Assembly (NCBI GenBank): GCA_016927275.1 | Contig: JAFGMW010000030.1 | Location: 8,135 to 72,134 of the forward strand | From: Pseudomonadota bacterium | GTDB taxonomy: Bacteria > UBA10199 > 2-02-FULL-44-16 > JAAZCA01 | DNA: 64,000 nt | Direction: 5' to 3' | Shown here: positions 50,652 to 61,131 of the stretch, in pieces | How the letters are laid out: every line of letters begins with the position of its first letter | How positions within the stretch are numbered: position 1 is the first letter of the stretch | Made by a program: the position numbers and the translations under genes | Notes under the pieces: generated by a model | Databases searched by the model: none | Told to the model about the DNA's origin: nothing | The model's input: only the letters and a program-made list of their open reading frames with translations

Positions 50652-52448
50652 TCATCTCACCTTGAGCACGCTGAGGAAGGCCTCCTGCGGGATCTCCACC
50701 CTCCCCACCCTCTTCATCCTGCGCTTCCCCTCCTTCTGCTTCTCCAGCAGCTTCCGTTTCCTGGTGACGTCGCCGCCGTAGCACTTCGCGATCACGTCCT
50801 TGCGAAGGGCCTTGACCGTCTCGCGCGCGATCACCCTGGATCCGATCGCTGCCTGTATGGCGACCTCGTACTGCTGCCTCGGAATCAGCCCCCTGAGCTT
50901 GTGCACCAGCTCCCGCCCCTTGTACTGAGCGTTCTCGCGGTGGACTATCGCGGAGAGGGCGTCGACCGGGTCGCCGTTGATGAGCACGGTGAGCTTCACG
51001 AGGCTCGCCGGCCTGTAGCCGATGATCTCGTAGTCGAGAGAGGCGTAGCCGCGCGATACGGTCTTGAGCTGATCGAAGAAGTCGAACATCATCTCCGCGA
51101 ACGGCAGATTGTACTTTATCAGGACGCGGTCGCGGCCGAAGTACTCCATGTTCACCTGCTCCCCCCTGCGGTCCTGGCAGAGCTGCATGAGGGCCCCGAG
51201 CGACTCGTTGGGGCACATGATGGAGGCCAGGGCGTAAGGCTCGCGGATCTCCTTTATGTGGTTCGACTCCGGGAGCTTCGCCGGGTTCTCCACGCGCACC
51301 TGCTCGCCCCCGGTGGTCTCGACCTCGTACACGACGGTCGGCGCGGTGGAGACGAGTGTGAGCCCGTACTCCCTCTCGAGGCGCTCCTGCACTATCTCTA
51401 TGTGGAGCGAGCCCAGAAACCCGGCCCTGAATCCGAAGCCCAGGGCGCCCGAGGTCTCAGGCTCGTAGGTGAACGAGGAGTCGTTGAGCTTGAGCTTCTC
51501 CATCGCCTCCTTGAGGTCCTCGTACTGTCCCGGGTCCGTGGGGTAGAGCCCCGCGAAGACCATGGGCTTCACCTCGCGGAAGCCGGGGAGCGGCTCTTCG
51601 GCGGGGTTCGCGGCGTCGGTGATGGTGTCGCCGACCCTCGTGTCGGCGACCTGCTTTATGTTCGCGACGACCATGCCGACGTCGCCCGCGGAGAGCGACT
51701 CCACGTCGCGCTGGTGCGGGTCGAAGACGCCCAGCCTCTGGACCTCGAACTCCTTGCCCACGTTCATGAGCCTGATCCGCCCGCCGACCTCGATCCTCCC
51801 GTCGACGACCCTGGCCAGCGCCACCGCGCCCAGGTACGGGTCGAACCAGCTGTCGAAGATCAGCGCGCGCAGGGGGGCTCTCTCAGAGCCGCGCGGCTTC
51901 GGGAGATGCTCGACTATCGCCTCGAGCACGTCGGCGACCCCCTCCCCCGTCTTCGCGGAGACCGCGACCGCAATCTCGGAGGATATGGCCAGCACCTCCT
52001 CGCACTGGGCCAGCGTCCCCTCCACGTCGGAGTTGGGCAGGTCGATCTTGTTTATCACAGGCACTATCTCCACGCCGTTCTGCATGGCCATGAGCGCGTT
52101 CGCGAGCGTCTGCGCCTGCACGCCCTGGGTGGCGTCGATCACCAGCAGAGCGCCGTCGCATGCGGCCAGCGAGCGGCTGACCTCGTAGTGGAAGTCCACG
52201 TGCCCGGGCGTGTCGATCAGGTTGAACTCGTAGGTCTTCCCGTCCTTCGCCGTGTAGTTGAGCCGGACCGAGCGGGCCTTGATGGTGATCCCGCGCTCGC
52301 GCTCGAGCTCCATGTCGTCGAGGAACTGGTCCCTCCTCTCGCGCTGCGAGACCGCGCCGGTCTGCTCGAGTATTCGGTCGGCGAGCGTGGACTTGCCGTG
52401 GTCGATGTGGGCGATGATGGAAAAATTTCTTATGTGTGATTGGGACAT
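50652..52448 (-). CDS. lepA: Elongation factor 4
   Basis: [30 protein letters not shown]. Confidence 0.98.
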   Translation of the reverse strand: MSQSHIRNFSIIAHIDHGKSTLADRILEQTGAVSQRERRDQFLDDMELERERGITIKARSVRLNYTAKDGKTYEFNLIDTPGHVDFHYEVSRSLAACDGALLVIDATQGVQAQTLANALMAMQNGVEIVPVINKIDLPNSDVEGTLAQCEEVLAISSEIAVAVSAKTGEGVADVLEAIVEHLPKPRGSERAPLRALIFDSWFDPYLGAVALARVVDGRIEVGGRIRLMNVGKEFEVQRLGVFDPHQRDVESLSAGDVGMVVANIKQVADTRVGDTITDAANPAEEPLPGFREVKPMVFAGLYPTDPGQYEDLKEAMEKLKLNDSSFTYEPETSGALGFGFRAGFLGSLHIEIVQERLEREYGLTLVSTAPTVVYEVETTGGEQVRVENPAKLPESNHIKEIREPYALASIMCPNESLGALMQLCQDRRGEQVNMEYFGRDRVLIKYNLPFAEMMFDFFDQLKTVSRGYASLDYEIIGYRPASLVKLTVLINGDPVDALSAIVHRENAQYKGRELVHKLRGLIPRQQYEVAIQAAIGSRVIARETVKALRKDVIAKCYGGDVTRKRKLLEKQKEGKRRMKRVGRVEIPQEAFLSVLKVR

Positions 52449-52454
52449 AGGGGC

Positions 52455-52496
52455 CGTGACTCGTTACTCGTGACTGGTGACTCGTTGCTGGTGATC
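52455..52496. repeat. Heptamer array x6 (degenerate CGTGACT)
   Basis: Immediately upstream of the lepA start. Confidence 0.85.
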
Positions 52497-52532
52497 AATA
52501 AGGGCAGATGCCTTGCAGAAGATCAGCAAAGC

Positions 52533-53333
52533 CTATTGCTCGTTCAGCACGACGAGGGCCTCGACGTTCTCCTTCGCGCTCAACTCCTGCATGTACCTCA
52601 TGGCGTCTTCGCGGTTCTCGAAGCCGCCGATCCGGACGCGGTACCAGCGGCCGCGGTCGGGGATGTCCGCTATCATTATGAACGCGGGGTAGCCCTTGCC
52701 CTTCCACTTCTCGGCGATCTTCGTCCCCTCGGCCAGATCGGGATACGAACCGATCTGGACCGAGTAGCGCGCGTTCTGCCCCGACTTGACCCTGATGACG
52801 CTCGAGTCCGACGCGGCCGCGGTATCGGCCGCGGATGAACCCGGCCGCGCCGCCGGCGCCTCCTGCTGGGCGAGCGGGGGCGACTCCGCGGCCGGGGGCC
52901 TCTGCTCCACGCTCGGTGCCACAGGCTCGGGGGCCAAAGGCGGGGGTTCTCTCCGCTCCACCGCGACCACGTCCGGCATCCCGGCCCTGGGGCCCTGGGC
53001 CTGGTCGATCATCTCCTTTATGCGGTCCTTGAGCTCCGGGGTGTCCGCCTTGGCCATCAACTCGCCGGCCATCTTAGCCACCTCGGGGTCCTGGGTGGTC
53101 ATGACCCTGGACTCCGCCTTGCCGCCTGCAGCGTGGTTCGCGCTCTCTAGGGCCACGGCCGGCGGCCTGTCCAGGCCCAGAAGCCCCCTGCCGTAGCGCG
53201 CCCCGAGGTAGAAAACGAAGAAGAGCGTGAAGACCTCGAGCACGAGCAAAGCGAAGAACTGCCCGAACGTGAAGCGGCAGAAGAAGCTCTCGGCCTCGTC
53301 GTGCCTGCTCCTGTTGGGCATGTAGCTAGACAT
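52533..53333 (-). CDS. SPOR domain cell-division protein (FtsN/DedD-like)
   Basis: TM, Pro-rich linker, YSVQIGS..WYRVRIG.F; downstream of argS. Confidence 0.88.
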   Translation of the reverse strand: MSSYMPNRSRHDEAESFFCRFTFGQFFALLVLEVFTLFFVFYLGARYGRGLLGLDRPPAVALESANHAAGGKAESRVMTTQDPEVAKMAGELMAKADTPELKDRIKEMIDQAQGPRAGMPDVVAVERREPPPLAPEPVAPSVEQRPPAAESPPLAQQEAPAARPGSSAADTAAASDSSVIRVKSGQNARYSVQIGSYPDLAEGTKIAEKWKGKGYPAFIMIADIPDRGRWYRVRIGGFENREDAMRYMQELSAKENVEALVVLNEQ

Positions 53334-55038
53334 CCTGTTCCTCCACGGCCCGGGCCATCTCCTCGGGCGCAGAAATTCCAAGTATTCTCAAGGCATTTTG
53401 TAACACAATCCGTACGTTTTTCAAGAGATAGAGCTTGGCCGCCGAACGCGCCGGGTCGTCGGTGAGGACGCGGTAGCGCTCGTCGGCCCGGCCCTTGCTG
53501 TAGTAGGACTGGAACATCCGGGCCAGCTCGAGGAGGTAGAAGGCCAGCTTGTGGGGCTCCAGCTCCAGGGCGCACTCCTCTATCACGGTCGGCAGCGCCT
53601 CGGCGAAGCGGGCGAGTTTCGGCTCCTCCGGCAGATCCAGCAGCGAGAGATTGACGTCCTCGGGCCCCGCCGCGCAGAGGCCCTTCTCCTCCGCCTTCCT
53701 GAAGATGCTGGCGATCCGGGCGTGGGCGTACTGTATGTAATAGACCGGGTTGTCCGAGCTCTCCCTCTTCGCGAGGTCCAGGTCGAAATCCAGCTGCGCG
53801 TTGTGCGACCGCATGAGGAAGAAGTAGCGGCAGACGTCCCTGCCGACCTCCCTGCGCACGTCCTCCAGTGTCTCGTAGGTGGCGGAGCGGGTCGACATGG
53901 AGATGAGCTCGCCCGCCCTGATGAGGTTCACGAGCTGGATGAGGACCGCGTCGAAGCTCGCGGGGTCGTGCCCCAGGGCCCGGACCGCCGCCTTCATTCG
54001 CGCCACGTAGCCGGCGTGGTCGGCGCCCCAGACGTCGATGACGCGGTCGAAGCCGCGGTCGTACTTGTTCTTGTGGTAGGCGATATCCGCGGCGAAATAG
54101 GTCAGGGCGCCGTCCCCCTTGCGCAGGACCCGGTCCTTGTCGTCGCCGTACTCGATCGATCGGAACCAGAGGGCGCCGTCCTTCTCGTAGGTGCGCCCTT
54201 TTCGGCCGAGCCACCTGAGCGCGCCTTCTATCATGGCGTCGGTGTGGAGCCTGTTCTCGAAGAAATACACGTCGTGGACCACGCCGGTGTCGGCGAGGTC
54301 CTTCTTTATCCACTCGAGGATCCGGTCGCCCGCCTCCTCGCCCAGAAATTCGATCGCCTCCTGCTCGCCCATGTTCGCGAGCCTCGCGCCGTGCTCCTCG
54401 CCGATGACCTTGGCGATCTCGACTATGTAGTGGCCCTGGTAGCACTCCTCGGGGAATTCGATCCTCTCCCCGCCGAGCTCCCTGAGCCTCAGATAGACCG
54501 ACCTGCCGAGGGTCCTGATCTGTCCCCCCGCGTCGTTGACGTAGTACTCCTTGGTCACCTCGTAGCCCGCTGCGGCGAGCACGTTGGCGAGCACGTCCCC
54601 GTAGACCGCGCCGCGGCCGTGGCCGATGTGGAGCGGACCCGTGGGGTTGGCGCTGACGAACTCGACCTGGGCCTTTTTGCCCCTTCCTATGTCGATGGTG
54701 CCGAAGGCGGGTCCAGCGCCACTGATCACAGCAAGCCCCTCGAGGAAGAAGGAGGGCTTGACCGTGAAGTTTATAAAACCGGGCCCTGCGATCTCGCACC
54801 TCGCGAGCCTGGCGGTCTCCTCGGGGAGGCGCTCCATGAGCCTCGCCGCCAGGTCCCTGGGCTTCATCTTCGCGGCCGCGGCGAGGACGAGCGCGGCGTT
54901 GGTCGAGAAATCGCCGTGCCCCGCCTGCTTCGGCACGGAGATCTCCACCTTCGCCTCCGCCTCCCCCGGGAGGATCCCCTCCCTGCGGCAGGCCTCGATG
55001 GCGCTCCCTATGAGATCTGAAAGCCTGTTATGAATCAT
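53326..55038 (-). CDS. argS: Arginine-tRNA ligase
   Basis: EFVSANPTGPLHIGH, TYFAADIAYH, YYIQYAHAR. Confidence 0.98.
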   Translation of the reverse strand: MIHNRLSDLIGSAIEACRREGILPGEAEAKVEISVPKQAGHGDFSTNAALVLAAAAKMKPRDLAARLMERLPEETARLARCEIAGPGFINFTVKPSFFLEGLAVISGAGPAFGTIDIGRGKKAQVEFVSANPTGPLHIGHGRGAVYGDVLANVLAAAGYEVTKEYYVNDAGGQIRTLGRSVYLRLRELGGERIEFPEECYQGHYIVEIAKVIGEEHGARLANMGEQEAIEFLGEEAGDRILEWIKKDLADTGVVHDVYFFENRLHTDAMIEGALRWLGRKGRTYEKDGALWFRSIEYGDDKDRVLRKGDGALTYFAADIAYHKNKYDRGFDRVIDVWGADHAGYVARMKAAVRALGHDPASFDAVLIQLVNLIRAGELISMSTRSATYETLEDVRREVGRDVCRYFFLMRSHNAQLDFDLDLAKRESSDNPVYYIQYAHARIASIFRKAEEKGLCAAGPEDVNLSLLDLPEEPKLARFAEALPTVIEECALELEPHKLAFYLLELARMFQSYYSKGRADERYRVLTDDPARSAAKLYLLKNVRIVLQNALRILGISAPEEMARAVEEQDV

Positions 55039-56425
55039 CTCTTTTTGCCTTCCCCCTGCGGGCCTCCCGGGGCCCGACCACCACCAGGGACATGCCCTCC
55101 GGATGGAGATAGTCGCGGGCCACCCGCCTCAGCTCCCCCCGGTCCGCGCGCACGATCGCGTCGCGGTAGACCCTCCAGTAGTCGTCCGGATAGCCGAAAT
55201 AGCGATAGCGGGCACGCTGGTCCACGACGTTGAACGGCTGGTCGAACAAAAACACGAGCCTGGATATCATGGAGCGCTTCGCAAAGTCTATCTCCTCTTT
55301 GGTGAAGTCCCCCTCCTCGGCGAGCCTCTTCACCTGCTCCTTCACCAGGGCTATGGCCTCCTGCGCGTCGGGCGCCCTGGTGTCGAGTGAGATGAGAAAC
55401 GTTCCGTAGTCCCTCTCCGCGGTGACGCTGCTCGAGACGCTGTAGGCCAGCCCCTTCCTCACGCGGATCTGTTCGACGAGCCGGCTCTTGAACCCGCCGC
55501 CGCCGAGGATGCTGTCGACGAGGAAGAGAGGGAACTTGTCCGGATTGTCCCTTTTCAGCGAGAGGTGCCCCATCCGCACGAACGCCTGCGCGGTCGGACG
55601 ATTCACCTGCTCCGTCCTCCCCTCGAATTTCAGCGCCACCGGCTCCACCGCGGGGAGCTCCGGTCTGCCCCGAGGCGCCTGCGCAGTGAGCCCCTTGAGG
55701 AGCCCCTCCATCCGGCCGCAGGAAAAGTCGCCCGAAGCGGCGAGTATCATGTTGTCGGCCCTGAAATATCTCCTGTGGAAATCCTCCACGTCGCTCCGCC
55801 TGATCCTTCTAAGCGATTTTTTGTCCGGCCTGCGCGCCCACGGGCTCGTTTTTCCGTACACCATCTCCCGGAAGAGGCGGTCCGCCTGCCCGTCGGGGGC
55901 GTCGTCCTCGCGGCGCAGCCCCTCCTCCATGGCCTTTCTGGCGGTGGCCAGGCGCGCCTCGTCGAGGCGGGGGCGGAAGAGCATCTCGAACATGAGCGAG
56001 AGCCCCTCCTCGAGATCGGAGGAGAGCACGCCGAGGGTGGCGGCGGACATCTCGCGAGAGGTAAAGACCGCGAGTTCAGCGCCCATGTCGTCGAGCCTTT
56101 TGTCGAACTCCTCGGGGGTGAGTTCGCCCGCGCCGCCGGTCCTCATGTGCGCGCCAGCGAGGGAGGCCAGGCCGGCCTTGTCCGCAGGGTCGTAGATGCC
56201 GCCGGTCCTCGTGATGACCCTCACCCTCACCGTCGGCAGCGTGGTGTCTGAGAGCAGATAGCAGGCCATGCCGTTGGGCAGCTCTATCGCCCTGACCGCG
56301 GGCGGCCTTGCGTCCGGGAGGGGCCCCCTCTCCAGGGAGAGGAAATGGCTGTCCGTGGCCCATGCCCTGCAGAACGGGGCTGCGGCAATCATCAGTGCGA
56401 CTGCTGAAAGGATGCGGGCCCTCAT
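55028..56425 (-). CDS. M16 peptidase family, non-catalytic subunit
   Basis: Signal peptide; LPNGM, SRL...IR..KGLAY; lacks HXXEH. Confidence 0.88.
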   Translation of the reverse strand: MRARILSAVALMIAAAPFCRAWATDSHFLSLERGPLPDARPPAVRAIELPNGMACYLLSDTTLPTVRVRVITRTGGIYDPADKAGLASLAGAHMRTGGAGELTPEEFDKRLDDMGAELAVFTSREMSAATLGVLSSDLEEGLSLMFEMLFRPRLDEARLATARKAMEEGLRREDDAPDGQADRLFREMVYGKTSPWARRPDKKSLRRIRRSDVEDFHRRYFRADNMILAASGDFSCGRMEGLLKGLTAQAPRGRPELPAVEPVALKFEGRTEQVNRPTAQAFVRMGHLSLKRDNPDKFPLFLVDSILGGGGFKSRLVEQIRVRKGLAYSVSSSVTAERDYGTFLISLDTRAPDAQEAIALVKEQVKRLAEEGDFTKEEIDFAKRSMISRLVFLFDQPFNVVDQRARYRYFGYPDDYWRVYRDAIVRADRGELRRVARDYLHPEGMSLVVVGPREARRGKAKRDDS

Positions 56426-57894
56426 CTCTTCCTCTCCAAAATCACCCGGTTCGACTCCACAAGGTACTCCCTGGCAACCGACATCACCTCTTCGGGAGAG
56501 ACGTTCGCGATCATCTCGGGATATCTTCCGAGGAGCCTCCAGTCGTCGAACAGGGTCTGGAAGCGGGCCAGCTCCTCCGCGAACGTCTCGTTGTTGTCCA
56601 GAGAGAACATGATGGAGGCCGTGACCGACTTTCGCACGCGGTCCAGCTCAGCGCCCTCCACCGGGACCTCCTTGAGCCTTTGGATCTCCTCGTCCACGAT
56701 CCTCATGACCTCTTTCGTCGACCCGCCATTCATCGGCTCGACCCATATCATGAAGAGGTTGGGGAGCCTCGAGCCGGGGAACGAGTCGCTGCAATAAACG
56801 GACTTGGCGATCCGCTCCTCGAATATGAGCCTCCTCTTGAGCCTGCTCGATCCCCCGTCGCACAAAAGGCTCGTGATCGCGTCGAAGGAGTACTCGGCGG
56901 GATCGGGCAGCGTGGGCTTGTGGTACGCGATAGCGACTGCGGGGGCGGCGTTGAACTTCATGACCCCGCGGAACCCTCCCATCGCCTTGCCCCGCCTCTC
57001 CGGAGAAGGGGGCTTGGCCTTGCCGCTCCGTTTCCCGAACTCCCTCTGCACTATCGCCCTCGCCTCCCCTACGCCGACGTCGCCGACTATCACGCCGACC
57101 ATGTTGGCGGGAACGTAGTGGCGCCTGTGGAACTCCCTGGCGTCCGCTGTCGTGAACCCCATCACGTCGCTCTCGGAGCCGACGGTGGGCCAGCTGTATC
57201 CGCCGCCGTCGAACGCCGTGGCGAGAAGCCTCTCCACGAACGCGCCGTTGGGGTCGTCGTCCACACCGCTGCGGCGCTCCTGCGCCACCACGCTGCGCTC
57301 GACATAGAAATCCCTGTACGCCGGGTCGAAGACCATGTCGGAGATGACCGCGGCCCAGAGGGCCAGCCTGTTCGCGGGGAGGCTCGCGTAGAACGCAGTC
57401 AGGTCCTTGTTCGTGTAGGCGTTTATCTCGTTTGCGCCGTTGCGCATGAGCATCTCCCAGACCTCGTTCTTCTCCTGGTATTTCGCGGCCTCCTTGCGCA
57501 GCCCTTTCATGCGCTTTTTCATCTCCGCGATCCGCCCCCCGTCCGGCCGCGCCGAGCGGCTCTCGGCGGTGAGTTCTGCGCCCAGCCGCTCGATCTCCTC
57601 GAGCAGGGGCCTCTCCTTCTCCCAGTCCTTCGTGCAGAGCCTGCTCGTGCCCTTGAAGGCCATGTGCTCGAACATGTGCGCGAGACCGGTCTTGCCCGGC
57701 TCCTCGTCCAGCCCGCCCGCCCGCACCATCACGATCCCTGAGAACACGGGGGCCTGCTTCCGCCTCACGACCAGCCAGCGCATGCCGTTTGAGAGGCGAA
57801 ACTCTGAGACATGGCTTTCGAGGTCATAGCCGAGCGCCCGCACCGGCAGGAGCGCCATTAAAATGATAAGGAGTGTTAAGGTCTTGGGCCGCAT
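56422..57894 (-). CDS. M16 zinc peptidase, catalytic subunit
   Basis: Signal peptide; GLAHMFEHM.FKG, NAYT. Confidence 0.92.
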   Translation of the reverse strand: MRPKTLTLLIILMALLPVRALGYDLESHVSEFRLSNGMRWLVVRRKQAPVFSGIVMVRAGGLDEEPGKTGLAHMFEHMAFKGTSRLCTKDWEKERPLLEEIERLGAELTAESRSARPDGGRIAEMKKRMKGLRKEAAKYQEKNEVWEMLMRNGANEINAYTNKDLTAFYASLPANRLALWAAVISDMVFDPAYRDFYVERSVVAQERRSGVDDDPNGAFVERLLATAFDGGGYSWPTVGSESDVMGFTTADAREFHRRHYVPANMVGVIVGDVGVGEARAIVQREFGKRSGKAKPPSPERRGKAMGGFRGVMKFNAAPAVAIAYHKPTLPDPAEYSFDAITSLLCDGGSSRLKRRLIFEERIAKSVYCSDSFPGSRLPNLFMIWVEPMNGGSTKEVMRIVDEEIQRLKEVPVEGAELDRVRKSVTASIMFSLDNNETFAEELARFQTLFDDWRLLGRYPEMIANVSPEEVMSVAREYLVESNRVILERKR

Positions 57895-58031
57895 CCCTCT
57901 TGTCTCCGCGCGCTGTTATAGCTGAGAAATCGTTTGAATCTCAGTTCGTTAGCAGATTGCTCACCCATGCTCAAGGGACAAATAAATTAAATTATGATAA
58001 GCAAATTGTCATAAAATGTCTTTATATGTAC

Positions 58032-58059
58032 TTGACATGATATTAGATAGTTATAAAAT
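58032..58059 (+). promoter_or_regulatory. Sigma70-like promoter
   Basis: TTGACA-16 nt-TAAAAT in an AT-rich spacer. Confidence 0.5.
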
Positions 58060-58142
58060 ATATGCAAATTAAGCTTAATTATGTATAGGCAGCGAGAGTA
58101 AAGAGGTCGATTTTTCAGGGATTGGATCCGTCAGGGGGAGAT

Positions 58143-58334
58143 ATGGATCCGGCACTCAAGGCCCTTTGCGTCGAGGTTTTGAGGGGAAACGTGGACAGCG
58201 AGCGTTTCGCATGGCTGCTGATCGAGACAGGCGTCGATCTGGACAGCTACGAGTGGGACGTCGCAAATCATCTGCTCCAGGCGGGAGACGCGATCTCATC
58301 CCTCACCCAGAAGTTCGGCTACACCCTTCAGTGA
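58143..58334 (+). CDS. Small acidic hypothetical protein, 63 aa
   Basis: GGGGGAG RBS; upstream promoter candidate; non-overlapping. Confidence 0.65.
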   Translation: MDPALKALCVEVLRGNVDSERFAWLLIETGVDLDSYEWDVANHLLQAGDAISSLTQKFGYTLQ

Positions 58335-58347
58335 TTCCGTAGGGGGC

Positions 58348-59229
58348 TCAGCCCCTTGGCCCTTCCCTCAGATATCCCAGGCATTTGTAGGCGAGTTTCG
58401 CGACCAGGAAATCGGCCGCATGGAACCCCTCGCGGGGCGCGAGTTCCACGATGTCCATCCCCACGGTCCTCTTCGCCCCCATGACGAGCCGCAGGAAGTC
58501 GGTCACATCGTACCATCCCATGCCGCCCGGCTCCGGCGTCCCGGTCATCGGGAGCACAGAGGAGTCGAATGCGTCCACGTCTATCGTTATGTAGACCTTC
58601 TCGGTCTTTATCGCGTCGAGCGCCTTGGCCATCCACGACCTGTCGGCGCGCATTTTGTGCGCGAAGAAGACCGGCAGCCGGTCGCGCTCGACCCACAGCG
58701 CCTCGTCGCGCGACAGGTTGCGGATCCCCACCTGCACCGCGGGGGCGAGATCCTTCACCCTGGCAATGGCGCAGGCGTGGCTCATCCGCTCGCCCCCGTA
58801 CTCCTGCCTCAGGTCTGCGTGCGCGTCGAGCTGCACCACGGTCGTGTCCGGGTGGATGCGATGGACGGCCGCGAAGACCGCGGGCGTGATCGAGTGCTCC
58901 CCCCCCAGCGAGAGGGGGATCTTGCCGTCGCGGACGATCTTCGTCACCGCGGGGGCGATCCTGTCGAAGAGCTCTGACGGGTGTGCGCCCGAGACGTCGA
59001 CCGGATCGAGCGTGGCAACCCCCACGTCAAACGGCTCGCAACGGAGCTCCTCGTCGTAGAGCTCCACCTGCGCCGACGCCTCGATGATCGCCGCGGGGCC
59101 CCGCGCCGTCCCCCCTCCGTAGCTGACAGTGGCCTCGTAGGGAATCGGGAGGACCGCGACCCGGGCGCGGGCGTAGTCAGCGTCCTTGGGGTCAAGGCCG
59201 AGAAAGTTCCTGGCGTGGGCATGGATCAT
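58348..59229 (-). CDS. speB: Agmatinase
   Basis: GGEHS, DAHADLR, IDVD.FD...TGTPEPGG. Confidence 0.93.
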   Translation of the reverse strand: MIHAHARNFLGLDPKDADYARARVAVLPIPYEATVSYGGGTARGPAAIIEASAQVELYDEELRCEPFDVGVATLDPVDVSGAHPSELFDRIAPAVTKIVRDGKIPLSLGGEHSITPAVFAAVHRIHPDTTVVQLDAHADLRQEYGGERMSHACAIARVKDLAPAVQVGIRNLSRDEALWVERDRLPVFFAHKMRADRSWMAKALDAIKTEKVYITIDVDAFDSSVLPMTGTPEPGGMGWYDVTDFLRLVMGAKRTVGMDIVELAPREGFHAADFLVAKLAYKCLGYLREGPRG

Positions 59230-59238
59230 GCGAAGACC

Positions 59239-59790
59239 TCAGGTGACGAAGATCGCGCCGGCCAGGACCGTGGTCCACAGCCCCTTCGAGTCGCCCACCG
59301 CGGACTGGGTGCTGTTCATCGTGCGCACTATCTCGCCGGAGATGGTCCAGGTGCCCTTGCGATCGTTCCACGACTTGTCGGCGTCGAAGCCCACGCCGAG
59401 GATCGTGGCGAGCATCTCGGCGGCGAGGTCCTCAGCGTAGTCGCCGGCCGCGCGCTCGTTCTGGCCGTAGGCGTGGTGCTCGGAGAGGTAACCGTGGAAC
59501 TCCTTGTTCTTGGGTATCGAGAGGCCGACCGACGCCGCTATCAGCCGGTGCGGCTCGTTGGACGCGCAGTCGGAGAGCACGCAGTAGACGACCTGGCCGG
59601 GAGAGAGCCTGAGCAGCCCCTCCGCCCTGTTGACGATCTTGCAGCCGGGCGGGAATATGCTGGAGACGCGGACGAGGTTGAATTGCGCGATGCGCGCCGA
59701 CCGAAGGGCCATCTCGAAGCTCTGCAGCTTCTCGCGGTGCCTTCCCACTCCCTTCGTCAAAAATATCCTGCTGGGCACGAACTGCGACAT
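59239..59790 (-). CDS. Pyruvoyl-dependent arginine decarboxylase
   Basis: SFEMALR, FNLVRVSSI (Ser-Ser self-cleavage site), GYLSEHH; GGAGG RBS. Confidence 0.9.
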   Translation of the reverse strand: MSQFVPSRIFLTKGVGRHREKLQSFEMALRSARIAQFNLVRVSSIFPPGCKIVNRAEGLLRLSPGQVVYCVLSDCASNEPHRLIAASVGLSIPKNKEFHGYLSEHHAYGQNERAAGDYAEDLAAEMLATILGVGFDADKSWNDRKGTWTISGEIVRTMNSTQSAVGDSKGLWTTVLAGAIFVT

Positions 59791-59875
59791 GGTCCCCTCC
59801 TCCTTGCCGATATGAAAAACTGGTCGCGCAACTAACACATCCGCACCTGCCCCACAAGACAAAAGCCCGCTCCCG

Positions 59876-59908
59876 AAAAAAATACGGGAGCCCTTTCGGG
59901 CCCCCGCA
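59876..59908 (-). terminator. Terminator after the Lys-rich microprotein gene
   Basis: Minus strand GCGGGGGCCC-GAAA-GGGCTCCCGT followed by a T tract. Confidence 0.75.
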
Positions 59909-59929
59909 TCTGCCTCTCCGTTCGGAGAG

Positions 59930-60031
59930 CTACTTCCTCTTCTTGCGCGCCACCTTCTTCTTCTTCTTCGCTACCTTCTTCTTCTTTGTGACCTTCTTCT
60001 TTTTCTTCACCACCTTTTTCTTCTTTACCAT
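59930..60031 (-). CDS. 33-aa Lys-rich protamine/histone-tail-like microprotein
   Basis: MVKKKKVVKKKKKVTKKKKVAKKKKKVARKKRK; AGGAGG RBS; own terminator; absent from the ORF track. Confidence 0.8.
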   Translation of the reverse strand: MVKKKKVVKKKKKVTKKKKVAKKKKKVARKKRK

Positions 60032-60183
60032 TTCCCCCTCCTTTTGAAAAAAGGTTTTGATTCCAAACGTTTGCTAATTTCTAACGGAATTATAATTAAT
60101 TAGGCGGATTGAGTCAAACTTTTTTCTACAATTATGCACAATTATATTTAATTGATGGTCAACTTCAGGAGATGAACGCGCGA

Positions 60184-61128
60184 TCAGAGCGCGTCGGCCG
60201 GAGCTGCGAGGGCCTCCTCGGCGAGCCTCGACGCGCGTCCGCCCGCGTGCCTGATGTGACCGGTCACCGCGACGATCATGCCGAGCACGCACAGCGCCCC
60301 GCCTGCGCCGACCCGTGCATCGATCGGCTCGCCCAGCGCCGCGTTCGCGATCAGCGCACCCGCCACCGGCTGGATGAAGATCGTGAACTCCATCACCGAC
60401 AGCGGCACGCGGCCGAGCACCGCGACCCACGCGGTGTATCCGAGCGCCGTGCAGATCACCGCGAGGTATCCGATCGCGAAGAGCGACCGTCCGTCGAGCG
60501 GCACGGCGAAGCCTTGCCTCATCTGCATGGGGACCGCCAGCGCGCACGCCGCGGTGAAGAGCACGCCGGCGAACAGGACCGCGGCCGGCCTGCGCGCGGA
60601 CGCGGGCTTGAGGATGATCGAGAAGAACGCCTCGGTCAGGAGGCCGGCCACGATGAGCAGATTGCCGACCCCGACACCTCCCCCGGCGAAACCGAGGCTC
60701 TTCGGATCGAAGCCCGAGAGCCTTGCCAGCCCCGCCAGGGCGATCGCGAGGCCGGCGAGGGTGGTGAAGAGCATGCGCTCCCTGAGAACGATGCAGGCAA
60801 GCGCTATCGCCCAGACAGGCTCGAAGACGTACAGCAGCGACGCGTCGATGGCGTTGGAGAGCTCGACGCCCTTGACCGTGGAGTAGCTCGAGAACGCGAT
60901 GAGGAGCCCTGCCAGGGCGACCCTCGCCCCGTCCCTCCATCCGATGCGCAGATCATGGCGGCGCGCCGCGATCCAGAGCGCGAGGATCGCGAAGGCGGCG
61001 ACGAGCCGCCAGAAGACGAGCGAGAGCGGGTCCATGGAGCCCAGCCCGTACTTCATGACCGAGTAAGAGCCGGCCCAGAAGAGGTTCATGACGATGAGGA
61101 GCGCTATCCATGCGCCGGGGCCGGACAT
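60184..61128 (-). CDS. DMT/EamA family transporter
   Basis: About 10 TMs, duplicated EamA pattern (L.WAGS..KY; P....A..LGE). Confidence 0.9.
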   Translation of the reverse strand: MSGPGAWIALLIVMNLFWAGSYSVMKYGLGSMDPLSLVFWRLVAAFAILALWIAARRHDLRIGWRDGARVALAGLLIAFSSYSTVKGVELSNAIDASLLYVFEPVWAIALACIVLRERMLFTTLAGLAIALAGLARLSGFDPKSLGFAGGGVGVGNLLIVAGLLTEAFFSIILKPASARRPAAVLFAGVLFTAACALAVPMQMRQGFAVPLDGRSLFAIGYLAVICTALGYTAWVAVLGRVPLSVMEFTIFIQPVAGALIANAALGEPIDARVGAGGALCVLGMIVAVTGHIRHAGGRASRLAEEALAAPADAL

Positions 61129-61131
61129 CGG

